Below, in pieces: positions 10,383-23,800 of a stretch of DNA of 64,000 bases; position 1 is the first letter of the stretch; the number at the start of each line of letters is the position of its first letter. The stretch comes from Cycas panzhihuaensis (lineage: Eukaryota > Plantae > Cycadophyta), in NCBI GenBank assembly GCA_023213395.1, contig CM041465.1:66967741-67031740 (forward strand), given 5' to 3'. A program made the translations under genes and the position numbers. The notes under the pieces were generated by a model, which was given only the letters and a program-made list of their open reading frames with translations, did not search any database and was not told the origin of the DNA.

Positions 10383-13300
10383 TGATGAAAAATAGAGCAA
10401 AGACTGATCTGAATTAAATAAAGAAGAAGTATATTTTTCATTGAGATTCAACCTTCTTAAGTATACATCAACAATGTGATGGTTACAACCTCTAATGTAA
10501 CCAATCACTCTGATACTACCAAGTGGCATCATCTTACACTATGACTATATTGAGGGTGGTCTTAACATGACCCCCTTTCATACCTAGATAAAACATTATA
10601 TCTTAACACCCCCTCTTAATGTTTTATCTCTAATAATCTAATTTTGTCTCTTAAATATTTGAGTCTTTCTCTTCCAAGAGGTCTTGTGAGAAGATCTACA
10701 ACTTGTTCTACTGAGGGGCAATATTCCAAGTCTATCTCTTTATTACGTACTTTTTCTCCTATGAAATGATGATGAACTTCAATGTGCTTTGTCCTTGCAT
10801 GTAGAACTGGATTTTTGGTCAGCTTGATGGCACTTTGATTATCACATTTCAAGGAGGTTGCTTCTTTTTGCTGTTCATCTAAGTCAAACAGAAGTTGCCT
10901 TAACCATACAGCTTCAGAGGTTGCTAATGTAGCTGCTTTGTATTCCGCTTCTATAGAGGAGAGAGCTATTATAGTTTGTTTCTTACTACACCATGAGATT
11001 ATTGAGGCTCCTAAGAAGAAACAATATCCACTGGTGGATTTCCTTTGTTCTTTGTTACCTACCCAGTCAGAGTCGCAGTACCCTGATATTTTGACTGGAT
11101 ACCCTTTCAAGTATACTAACTTGAAATATGTTGTTCCTTTGAGATATCTTAAGACTCTTTTTGCAGCTTGCCAATGTCTCAACTTTGGATTTTGCATGTA
11201 TCTGGATATTAGTCCTACTGAGTAGGATATGTCAGGCCTGGTGGCTGTTAAATAAATCAGACTTCTAATCATTTGCCTGTACAGTGTGACATCTACATCC
11301 TTTTCTATACTATCTACTGTTAAGTCATAGTTGGTTTCCATGGGTATTGTGCATGGATTGTAATTCTCCATTTGAAATCGAACAAGTAGACTTTTGATGT
11401 AGTTACTTTGGGACGTTTTGATGTTGACCTACCTCCAGTTCCAAGTAATAATTTAGAAGCCCCAAGTCTGTTATTTCAAATTTTTGTTGCAGTTGACCTT
11501 TGATCCATTTAATTCCTTCTTCACCATCTCTAGTGATGAGCATATCATCTACATAGACAACAATTATTATTATCTTGTTGTTTGTTTTTCTTACGTAGAG
11601 ACTGGAGTCAGAGTTGCACTGAGCAAACTTATTTTCTTCAAGAAAATGATCTAATTTGGTATACCAGGCGCGTGGAGCTTGTTTTAGACCATACGGAGCC
11701 TTTTTTAGCTTGTAAACCAGATTCTCCTGCCCCTGTTTAGCGTATCCTTCTAGTTGTTGCATATAGACTTCTTCTTCCAGCTCACCATTCAAGAAGGTGC
11801 TTTTTACATTTAGCTGTGAGATTTTCCAGTCTTGTGCTGCAGCCAAGGTAATTACTATTCTTACTGTATTCATTTTTGCTACTAGAGAGAAGGTCTCATC
11901 AAAATCTACTCCTGTTGTTTGAGTGTACCCTTTTGCAACTAACCTTGCCTTATATTTTTCTATTTTGCCATCCATTCCCCTTTTTGTTTTGTAAACCCAT
12001 TTGTAGTTTACAGTGGATTTGTTGGCAGGTAGTTCTACTAACTCCCACGTTTGATTCTTCTTGATTGAGTTCATTTCATTGTTCATTGCCGCTTTCCATT
12101 CTTGATGATCTTTTACTTCTTGAAAGTTTTGTGGTTTGACTTTACTTAGAAGGGCTCTTGACCTTTGTCCCCATGTTTTCTGCTCTATTACACTTCCTTC
12201 TTCAACTGTTTTAATATACCATTTTGGCAGCTTTTTCTATTTTCATGGGTCTTCTTTTTCGATCATGTCTTCTGGTACTTGACTGGTTGATGATGGATCT
12301 GCTTATCCTTCTGCTAAAGTGATTTTTGAATCACTTCTTTCTTCAGCTTCTTAATTTTCTGAGGTAATTTCTGACTTATTTTCTTGCTCATCTTCTTGCG
12401 TCCCTTCGTGTCTGACAGCTTCCTGATCATTTTCCTTCTCATCTTCTATTATTCTAATTTGTGAGGATTCAACAGAATTTTCTTTGTTAAAAACAACATC
12501 TCAGCTTACATAAATTTTATTAGTTTTTGGATCTATGCATTTGTAGGCCTTTGAATTTTTACTGTAGCCTATTAAAATATATTTTATGTTTTTTGCATCC
12601 AATTTAGACCTTCTTTTATCAGGAATATGCATAAATGCTTAGCTGCCAAAAAATCTGAGGAGACTTACATCAGGTTTTTGTCCTGTCCAAGCTTCTTCTG
12701 GAGTGATATCCTTTAATACCTTTATTAGACTTCTATTTATCAGGTAGCATGTCAGATCGACTACCGCCCAATAAGTTTTTGATATTTTGGTTCCATGCAT
12801 CATGCTTCGAGCCATTTCCATCAGAGTTCTATTCTTTCTTTCAACCACTCCATTTGACTGAGGGGTGTAAGGAGTTGTAAACCGCTCACGAATCCTCGAT
12901 CCTTGCGAATTTAAAAACTCCTTTGATATATATTCCCCTCCTCCATCTGATCTGATGCATTTGATTTTCATTCCTGATTCTAGCTCTGCTTCTGCTTTGA
13001 ATTCTTTAAATGTTTCAAAAACTTCTGATTTATTATGCAGGAAATATACCCATACTTTCCGAGTGAAATCATCAATGAAAGTTAGAAAATATCTGCATCC
13101 ATTAATTGTGAGAGGTGTAATTGGACCACAAATATCTGTATGTATCAATTCTAATTTTGTCTGAGCTCTCTAAATGCTTTGTTTAAAAGGAAGTCTGTGC
13201 TGTTTTCCAAGTTGACAACCTTTACAAACAAATTTATCTAATGAAATATTAGGTAGACCATTAACCATTCCTAACTTTTCTATTTGTTTAAGTGTATTAA

Positions 13301-15595
13301 TTGAGAGATGCCCATACCTCAAATGCTAAGCTTTATTACTAGATTTAGAAGCAGTACAAGCTTTTTCTTCCAGATAAGGAAGTACAGGATCTGACAAGAG
13401 TTTGTAAAGATCATTACATCTAATTCCTTTTGCAATAATTTTCCCACCTCTCTTCATGTCTAGAATATGACAATTCCCTTCTTCATCGAAAATGGTTCTC
13501 AACCCTTTTTTTGCTTAATTGAGAAACAGAGAGTAGATTCATTTTTAGATCTGGTATAAATAAAACATTTCGAATTCTTTTTTCATTTCCATCCAGATTT
13601 ACTGAGATAGTTCCAATCCCTTTTATATTAAGGGAATACTTGTCACCCAGTTCTACTGATTTGTCCATATTGTAGGGTTTCATGGTTTCAAACCATTCTT
13701 CCTGACTTGTCATATGTTTGGAAGCTCCTGAGTCTATGTACCATATGTCTTTGTTCATACCGGTAACTAATGCTGTGATGAAAGATGTCTCTTCTTCCTC
13801 CTCCTCTTCATCCTTCTCTTTGTTGTAGCCTCCAATGGGATGCTTTCCTTTCTAAATTTCACTTCGTCTTTGTGGACATTGATATGGATAGTGTCCACTT
13901 TGTCCATAATAGCAACAAATATCAAAGATTCTACAACTGCTGGCGAAGTGTCTAGTTCTTCCACAGTTGTAGCAGACTCTATTTTCTCTGCTCCATCCTC
14001 GCCCTCTGGAACTTTACCAGCATCCTCATCCTCGAAAGTCTATTGTTCTGCTTTGTCCTCGAAGTTGTTGTCTCCCTCTTGGCCCGAGATTCAGTCTGGA
14101 CGCAAATGCATCCTCCAATTATGTTGTATTTTCATACCTTTTGTTTCTTTATTCTTGTCTAAGCAATAATCCTGTCAATTCATCAAGAGTTAACTTGTCC
14201 AACCTATCACTGTCTATGATAGTATTGACAATTGTGTCAAATGACTTTGGTAACCTTGCAGTTACAATTTCTACCAAGTCTTGTTTAGAAATTATACCTC
14301 CAACACTTAAGAGATTATTTCTGACAGTAATAATTTTATGCATAAAATACTCTACCTCTTCATTTTCTTTCATGTGAAGTTTGTACAGTTCTTCTTTGAG
14401 TGCAATTATTCTTGCCTTATTCTTTTGTCCATATAAGTTTTCCAAGCATTTCCATATTTTAGATGCCAAATTTAATTTTTCCACATAGACTAAAACTGAA
14501 TCTGAAATTGACATTTTCAATGTGAGACTGGCCATATTATTTCTTTCAATCCAACTTCCTAGCTTGTCATCACCAACTGGAGGACATTTTTCTGTCCCTT
14601 CAGCAATTTCCCAGGTATTTTTTACCCTCAAAATGGTTTCTAACTTGATTTTCCACACATGATAGTTAGAACCAGTTAATTTTTCTAGTTCAGGCAGAGA
14701 AATGAGGGATGAAGACATTTTCTTCAGTTAAAAGACATCGTCTAGAGCCCGTCTGTACAGTTGTACGGATTTCTATACAGAACCCTACGTGTACGGCCTA
14801 AATAGGAAAATACCTCAAAATCAAGGTTTCTTAGTCACCTATGTGGATCTGAAGTCAGTTTTTCAAAAAGGTTTCTCAGAAGAGAGAAAACTGCTCTGGA
14901 AGGAAAAATGGCAGATAGGGCAGAAAATTAGTTTTTTAAAAAATCACTAGAAAAAACTTGAAATAAATCTTTGAATATGGATGCAAATTCAACGTATTGA
15001 TACTAAGAAGGGTTTTTTACTAGAAATACCTGATATTCTGAGAAAATCGTGAAGATTTTTGAGGTGGATCCTCAAAAAACGTGCAGACTGGTTCAGGCTT
15101 GATTTGGCCTTGAAAATGACCTCAGATGACTCAGCTCCAGAAGAGAAATATACTCAGCGTACTTCGATCTACCTCCCTACCAAATTTTGTTGCGATATGA
15201 CACTTTTGAAAAAAAATCATTCGTACAGGTCCGTACGATTCCGTATGCCAGAGCAATTATGAAGCAGATGTCCTAACTACCATGTCTACTACTTCAATCC
15301 TTGATAGAACTTCTAGATAGGAGAGATTTTTCAAAAAAGATCAGTTTGGGCTGACCTGCTCTGATACCATGATGAAAAATAGAGCAAAGACTGATCTGAA
15401 TTAAACAGAGAAGAAGTATATTTTTCATTGAGATTCAACCTTCTTAAGTATACATCAACAATGTGATGGTTACACCCTGTAATGTAACGAATTGCTCTAA
15501 TACTTCCAAGTGGCATCATCTTACACTATGACTATATTGAGGGTGGTCTTAACATGATCCCTTTTCATACCTAGATAAAACATTATATCTTAACA
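10383..15595 (-). mobile_element. Full-length Ty1/copia element E nested in the RT of element A (226-bp LTRs 10383-10608 and 15370-15595; TSD TCATC)
   Basis: Near-identical LTRs (about 11 differences by eye). PBS reverse complement GCTCTGATACCA at 15358-15369. PPT at 10609-10617. TSD TCATC at 10378-10382 and 15596-15600. Confidence 0.96.
10616..14718 (-). pseudogene. Element E gag-pol polyprotein, fragmented
   Basis: ORFs 14149-14718 (gag), 13483-13758 (WYIDSGAS protease), 12639-13148 (integrase core), 11403-12086 (RT, YVDD) and 10616-11371 (RT/RNase H, CDSDW, RTKHIEV). Confidence 0.95.
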
Positions 15596-15600
15596 TCATC

Positions 15601-16533
15601 AACCCATAATATTCATCATCTCAAATCAACTTTAATGAATAAATTTGAAATGATAGATTTAGGTCTATTACATTACTTTTTAGGTTTACAAGTTTATCAA
15701 AATCAATCAAATATAACACTATCCCAACCTAAGTATATTCTCAATTTAATTCAGAGGTTTAACATAGAAAATGCTAAACCTGTATCCAATCCTTTACAAT
15801 TAGGAGTTAAACTGTCTATTGATTGTTTAACTTTGTTATGTGATCTAACTCTATATAGACAACTCATTGGTAGTCTAATTTATCTTACACACACCTGCCC
15901 TGACATTTCTTATGCTGTTGCCTTATGCTCCCGATATATGCAACAACCACATGAATCTCACTGGAAAGCAGCTAAACGAATCTTATGCTATCTAAAGAAT
16001 ACTGTGTTTTATGGTTTAACTTATACCTTTTGTAATAAACCATTAACATTAATTGGATATACTGATTCTGATTAGGCAAGTGATTCAAATGATCGTAAAT
16101 CTACTTTAGGTTATGTATTTTTTATTGATTCCTTATCTATTACTTGGTCTAGAAAAAAATGCAGGCACTGACGTTATCAACAACTAAAGCTAAATATCGA
16201 GCATTAGTCGAAGCTGGTAAAGAAGCACTTTGGCTAAAATCACTACTAAATGAAATTGGTCTGACTCTAAACTCTTCAATCGAAATTAAAGTTGATAATC
16301 AAGGTGTAATTGCTATTGCTACTAATCCTTTTTCTCATTCTAGAACTAAACATATTGAATTACATCAACATTTTATTCGTAATTTAGTTACTAATAATTT
16401 TGTTTATTTGTCTTATTATCCAACAGATTTATAGATTGCTGATATTCTTACGAAGTTATTAACTGAACCAAAGCTTTTACATTTCAGAGATTTATTGCAG
16501 ATAAAAAAAGTCTCCATCAAAGGGGGATCATAG
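15601..16533 (+). pseudogene. Element A pol, 3' part (RT C-terminus and RNase H)
   Basis: Resumes immediately after the TSD. ORFs 15635-16075 and 16159-16434 (FEMIDLG, GYTDSD, RTKHIEL). Stop TAG at 16531-16533. Confidence 0.92.
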
Positions 16534-17012
16534 TGGTGAAGCTCTTATTTTCTCTTCAGTACAAAAGTTTACATTAAAGGGGGATGTTAGATTATATAAT
16601 GTAAACTTATGTTTCTTAATGTTATTATTTAAGTCACATGTCATAAAAATTATTTAAGTGATTATAAAGTTGTAAATTTATGTTAAAATTTAATTGACTT
16701 GTGGATGGTCGTTGAAATATGGAATCGCAATCCAGCGAACCTCCGTCCTATTTATTAGTTTCTTAGATTCATGGAATTGGTTCCAAGAATATAGGAGGTC
16801 TATCCATATGCCTAAAACCAAGTTGTTTTAAGGTTGGTTATTGTGTATTGGTTTTTCATTTATTTATTAATATAACTTAGATTAGGAGGTGATTTTTCTT
16901 CCCCAGAAGGTGTTTTCCATCTGTCAACCCTGTGTACATATATATTGTTATCTTCTATGTTTCCCTTTTATACTTGTGATATGATGATTGTGTGCATGTG
17001 CCTATTCTAATA

Positions 17013-20000
17013 ATGTTTAATATGGAAAACCCATAAATGGGAAAAACCAACTTTAAATATTTATGAGACACCATGTTAAGATGAATAACGATGAGTCATT
17101 CTATCCTTATGAGGAGGAATATATAATTTGGTTTTGTTTACAATAAATATTATCCCTATATAGATGTGTACTCTCATCATCAACTAATCATATCTTACTA
17201 TTATATTAACTAATTTGATCATGTGTATAGAACCTATCATATCATCCAAAAATAACTTTAACCTATTAACCACTAATTAAATATTACTCATTGATATTCA
17301 TGAATTTCAACATTCTAATGCTTTAATAATTAAATATTCCAATACTACGTCTTAATATTTAATTCTAAACTTTTAAATGTTTTTATGTCTTCAACCTCTA
17401 TTTTAATCTTCATGTCTTCATATCTTCATACTAGATCACCTACTTATGTGTATCTTCATTTTACATGTATCACCTATAAATTAATCTATAAAACTTGTCT
17501 TCATCATACTTGTCTCCAACAAGTAAATCTTGACAGTAATGTATTATATCAACATATAATCAAATATACAAAACCAACCACCTATAAAACCTATAAACCA
17601 TAATTTATGACTTTCAACTTCTTGTGATATTTGAAGTTTTTCTCCTTATTAACTTTATATCTTCATACGTAAAGTTAAAATAATCAAATCTTTAAACTCT
17701 ATCAACTCAAAATATTGTAAACCAAAAGGATTACTGATGTTTATATAAAATAATAACCATTTATCAAAATGCATAGATAAGTGACCTTTATAATCATTAG
17801 TTCTATAGGAAGTGTTTCTTATACATAGTTCATCAACATATGAAGTAAAATATCAAAACAACATTAGGTATTAGGCCAATATATTATATAAGAGTGACAT
17901 CATGCTATCTTACGTCTTACATATGAGAAAACTTGTGTGTGTTACCTCCATTGATGCTTTTTCACACATCTTTTGTAATTTTTGTTTAGCAACCAAATAA
18001 TCTCACGAACAAACTAAACTAAACAACTATCTTTGGGAACAAGGCATACCACATAGCCAAGTTAAGCTAATTATAACAAGGTAACATAAAGAATATGTTT
18101 CCATACATCTTATCATACAAGAAATATTAAAATTTTCACTAATAATAATATATCAAGTAGACTTCTTAATATTTAAATTTTGGTATGCCAAGTTATAAAT
18201 ATATAAGATTTCTGTATGCCTTATAAACATGTGGAAATAATTGAACAACTTAACAACTAACTAGAAACAATAGACCCTTTAATAATATCAATCAGGTGAT
18301 ATCATTAAAAATCATTCATTCATATATATAGTCAACAAATTAGGTGATTATATGCTCATTAAACCATTAAATGATATTAAATATATTTTATTAATGATGT
18401 GCATCACTACATCAAAAGTGTAAATACTTGAGGGGGATCTTTAATATATCCAACATGTATATATCACATTTAAGATTAAATAGGTTCCCACATAATTTTT
18501 TTTTAGACTTAGAATATCATAAATAATCCTTGAATATGTTTATTTTCAAACAAATTTAAATTCACATTTATCATTAATCATTCATTTGTATCGACATAAA
18601 CTCATGAGCCTTCAAAATCTTCAAAAAATGCCAAGTCATCCCTTAAACTTCTCAAAATTTATAACTTTTAATATGTCAAAATTCATTTACTCAAGTTTAC
18701 CCATTAAAATCTTATTCATGCATGCTCCAAAATATGCCTTATGACTACTTGTTTTGACCATTTTTTAGTACTCTTTCTAATGAAATCAATGTATTGAAAA
18801 CTAGACTCTATACAAAAATATTATAATCAAAATACTATTGATATTCAATACAAAAAAGTTATGATAAAAATATTGTCAATATGTCATAAAAAACTCCAAA
18901 CCTACTTTAATATTTAATAAGCCCCTTTTCCATTTAGGTTGTGGTCACATTAGAACTCCATGTGACCATGCAATTTATCTAAGGGGCTTAAGTGGATCTC
19001 AAATCACATTCTAATCTAGTTCAATGCAATTCAAACATTGAAAAATATAATTTTCATATCCAAAACAAATTTCTTGATGTGCGATTCAGTAACTTTTGTG
19101 TGTAGTAGGTAACTTGATGATTAAATCTAAATGTAGACATAAAATTATCGATCGAAATTGATGAAATAGGATCAAATCTAGATTGTAGACTCTCCATAGT
19201 GATGAAGTGATGAATTAAAATAAAAAATTTTATAACCATGGTAGTGGTGCAAGGTTGTATATTATTACTAAATTAAAAAAAAATTAATATCACTCTAACC
19301 AATCAATTAGATAAATGAACAATTAAACATGCCATGATTTTATCCACTTTCCCATTAATCCTTAAATATGTGATATGATATAGTAGAGGATTCAATGATT
19401 AGATAAGTAAGGATGAGAAGTAAATTTACAATTATTGCATACCACTAAATTGAGACTAATAATCAATGGGAGGATCACTTAACAATGATATAAATATGAA
19501 CAAGGCATATAATTTCATGGAAGTATATATCTCAATCAACATTATTACATTATAATTGTGTGGATTTAACAATGGCAAATTTCTTCATTTTCTCTTTTGT
19601 GGGCAATTGAATATATGTCTTTACTCTATGCATTTTCATTGAATGGGTAGAAATTACATTAAAATATTTTTTGGTATAAGTTATTTAGTGATTCTTTGTG
19701 TACTCTTCAATGGTAAATGCTCATGCATTTAAGCACCTCTACTAAGTAATAAAAGGCATCTACCAAATTTTTCCTACATCACAAACTCTAGGAATTTATA
19801 CATAGATTTGTTGCCACTAGTCTATCATTTATCATATATTCATTTTCATCTCCACCCTATTTCATATATATGTTTTCATCCAAATGTTATTGATCTTTAT
19901 AAGTGATAGTGCATCAGTGATAGATAAACTTATTGGGCCAATGGACTGCATTTCTTCAAAAATTAACTTCACACAACATAATTTCATTTCATATCATGAC

Positions 20001-20800
20001 AATACCAATTTCTTAATAATGTAACAAGGTGAAACCCTTATATATGCTATAGTATAAAAGTTTTATGTAGTATAAATCCTTAACATATAACCATTAATCA
20101 CCACAAGCCTTGAACATATCATATTAAATATGAATCCTTAATCGTAACTATCATACTTATGCCACAATATAATATATCTTCATATGTTACTAAATCTTAT
20201 CAAACATCAAACTCTAACATGCTTGTTAAAATAGATCTCACACAGACATCACACGTGATAAAACCTTAATTTCGTTATTTTTCAGTTCAAGCATTTATCA
20301 TACCTTCTAGTCACTTACTAAATTACCTATAATGGTTCATTGTTTGCATATTAGTCTACCATATATCAACTAGTATAGGCATGTTTCCTATATCACTTAT
20401 ATTGATGGAGTACTAGCTATTAACTTCTCATTTTGCTCTTATAGGGTGATCAATCCTATTTACATAATCTCTTATAGATGTACCATCAAGCACCTATATG
20501 TTTCATGAATATAAGAGCTCCACATGCATAATAGATATCCATAATAAGAAAATAAATGCATATTATACATCAATATAATGTCCTTTATTCAAAAGTATAT
20601 GGCTCTACTATGTGGCTCTCTTGAACTTTATCATACCCCTTTATTGGCTATATCTCATCAATATAATTAGTTTTTGGCTTTAAATCAACCTTTAATATTG
20701 ACTCTTGATGCTGACTCATACTAGATCTTACTAGGTCATGTTTAGTACTTGTAAAGAAAGTCCTAATGAGTGTTGATATTATTTTTTTATTTTATTTCCA
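17013..20800. mobile_element. Old, heavily decayed retroelement debris (remainder of the split LTR, copia RT-like traces on minus, gypsy integrase-like traces on plus at ~19550-19980)
   Basis: Faint motifs only (e.g. F.EWVE.I.L and YWANGL on plus). No boundaries can be defined. Confidence 0.35.
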
Positions 20801-20812
20801 TATTTTTGGCAA

Positions 20813-23800
20813 CATAACCCTATCTATACATAAATCAAAATAACCTCCACATATTAAATTGACCTCTCCCCCACAAAAATAGAATACGAAAAGGAGGAGA
20901 ATAACACCTTAGTAAGGGTCTCCTTAAGGTGTTAAAAATCATAACTTTAATTTTACCAAGGGCTAGCACAAGTTTCTTATCATCATGAAATTAGGTTAAA
21001 GATAAATTAACTCTAGATTACTTTGGAGTGTTAGAGGGGAGTAATATGGTTAGAAAATAATAGTAAGGTGATAAAAGTTTCATACTTTAGATGGAACCAT
21101 CCACCCACAAAGTAATATATCCACTTCGCTGCTCTTGTTAATCAATGTAAGACCTAATACTATAGGAGAGAGACATAATTCTTATTTAACCCCATTGGTG
21201 ATATGAACTTTTGTGGAAAAGCATATGCCATATGAATCCATCAGAATGTTGTATCATATAAGATCATCATAGTCAAGATGATGCTTTGTGAAAAACTCGA
21301 AGCATGAAGCCTTTACAAAAAATGATGTCATAGAAGCGAGTTAAAGCCTTTTTGAAAATCTATAAAATAATAGTATATTTTTAAATTGGGGCTTTTTATT
21401 TCTCTTATTTTATTTATATAGAAAAAATATCTATATTCATTATCATTTGAATAATAGAGAGTACATATCGAAAACTATGATACAACTAACCTAACGAAAT
21501 AAGAAATAAGGCTACCATTTCCTATCTCTATATAAAGGAATGCCAAATGAAAAGACTAATAATAGACCTATAAAACACCAAAATTAATAAGTCAACTAAA
21601 ATAAGTAGGATTCTTGTAGTCCTCCTGGCTACATATCAACTCTTGCATTAGTTAAATAATCTTCTTATATATTAAATGCTCTAAGCATATGCATGAGTTG
21701 TACATCATAGAAATAAAAAAGTGGCAAAGTAGACTAATTGAGAAGTACCTTAACAATAACTTATTATGGCATTCATTGGCCATTAATAAAATTAGTCACT
21801 AGAAGGGAATCTCTCACCACCTAAATATGAGAAATACCATGATCTTTGGTAAGCACTTCCTCTAATTGATTCATGAAACTTTGTATTATTAGTAGTAATA
21901 TAACCTAAATCCTATGAGAACTCTTCTATCACAAACCCCTACTCATGATAATAATTCCTTCTTCTACTTTTCCTACATTTCCCTTAGAGGCCCCATTAAA
22001 GTAGAATCAGAAATAACCCTCTTGAATCAAAGGAGGAGAAGGGTTTGCCTTTTCTCTTTTTAACTTGAAGGTTAGTGAGATTTGATTAGTATAAAAAGGA
22101 ACTACATAAAACCTATGTTGTCATATGTAAGCTTGGTAATGTTTATGATTGATAGATCTAACGTTTTGGTTGCTAATCTAAAGAGTACCACACATTTGTT
22201 CCAATATTTGGAAGGATAAATGGACCTATATTAGAATAAACTTCCATTCCTAATAAGCTAAATCCATGAGGGAACAAATCTTGATAACAAATTCTAAAGA
22301 TATTTCAATGCTAGCTTTCCCTTTAAATAATGTGGATATTTATTTACCCACCCTTCCACAAGCCATGTAAATGTTGTAATTATAAAATCATTAAAAGTTC
22401 TATCCCTAATACATAAATGGATTTCTTCCACAGCTATTGGCTATACCCACAAGTTATAAAGAGATGTTATATATACTCCATATCACATTTATAAAGTGAA
22501 CACCAATGGTCCCATGATTCCTGTCTTAATTAGATTTTCCATAATAAGAACAACTTTATATAACTACTAGAAGGAGGTATTTACTTTGACAATGGTATGG
22601 TATTACCCCAAAGTTTTCCATTTTTATTTAGAGGTAATTACATCACTTTTTTCTTGCTTAATTAACCTAAGATAATAGGCAACCACATTATACTCCTCTG
22701 TATGAGAAATGTTTCCCTAAATAACAATTTCATCTTAATCCATAAGGATTATTTTCCTAGATTAAGTATATTAAGTAAATAAGAATAATCCTAGTGAAGG
22801 TCAAAACCTTATTACTACCATTGTATAGTAGGTTTTAACTTCCATATTATCAAATATGGATTCTCCCTAATATCTCTAGAAAAGAAGAAATCAAAATCCT
22901 ATAATATACCTTAGCTTTGCAACCATTACCAAAGGTTGGATAATTGATTACCATTTTGTAGTGATGACATTCCATGAATGACATCCATCTAAAGATTATC
23001 TCTATGTCCATTACTAAGCTTCCATGAGTAGGCTTCTTTAAGGAGGCCATTATATCACATATATGTAGATAAGTAGTTGACCCTTTTCTGACCTTGAATT
23101 TCTTTAAGAGAATTCAATAAACATGATCTCCATCTAAATACTTGGTAGTGGAGTAATGCTACCATATATAATCTTGATCTAGAATGAAATGCCATAATAA
23201 CTTAGCTCCATATGCTTTAGAAAACAAAGAAAGTCTCCAAACTCTTAATACCTCCTCGAAGTTAGGCCTACATATTTTCTTCTAAGAAAGTAAATGAAAT
23301 TTCTTTCTTTCCATAATTTTGGAAACATAACCATATGTGTACATAAATCAAAATAACCTCCACATATTAAGTTGACTTCTCCCACACCAAAATAAAATAA
23401 AAAGAGAAGGAGAATAACACCTTAGTAAGGGCCTCCTGAAGGTGTTAAAAATTATAACTTTAGTTTTAGCAAGGGCTAGCACAAGTTTCTTGTTATCATA
23501 AAATTAGGTTAAAGATAAATAAACACTAGATTCCTTTGGAGTGTTAAAGACGAATAACATGGTTAGCAAATAATAGTAAGGTGATAAAAGTTTTATTCTT
23601 TAAATGGAACCATCCTCCTACAAACTAACCTCTCTAGTTCACTGCTCTTATTAATCAATGTAAGACCTAATATTATAGAAGAGAGATAGAATTCTTATTT
23701 GACCCCATTGGTGATATGAACCTCTATTGAAAAGCATGTGCCATACGAGTTGATATGAATGTTGTATCATATGAGATCATCATAGTCAAGATGATGCTTT

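Larger units (their letters stand above)
4140..17012 (+). mobile_element. Full-length Ty1/copia LTR retrotransposon A (LTRs 4140-4565 and 16585-17012; TSD ATGTT)
   Basis: Two similar ~427-bp LTRs. PBS TGGTATCAGAG at 4566-4576. PPT AAAGGGGGA at 16576-16584. TSD ATGTT at 4135-4139 and 17013-17017. gag-PR-INT-RT-RH order. Confidence 0.95.

Noticed and set aside
13840-14377. Plus-strand ORFs within element E, and similar shadows at 10938, 11876, 12955 and 60399
   Set aside because: Antisense shadows of gag-pol.
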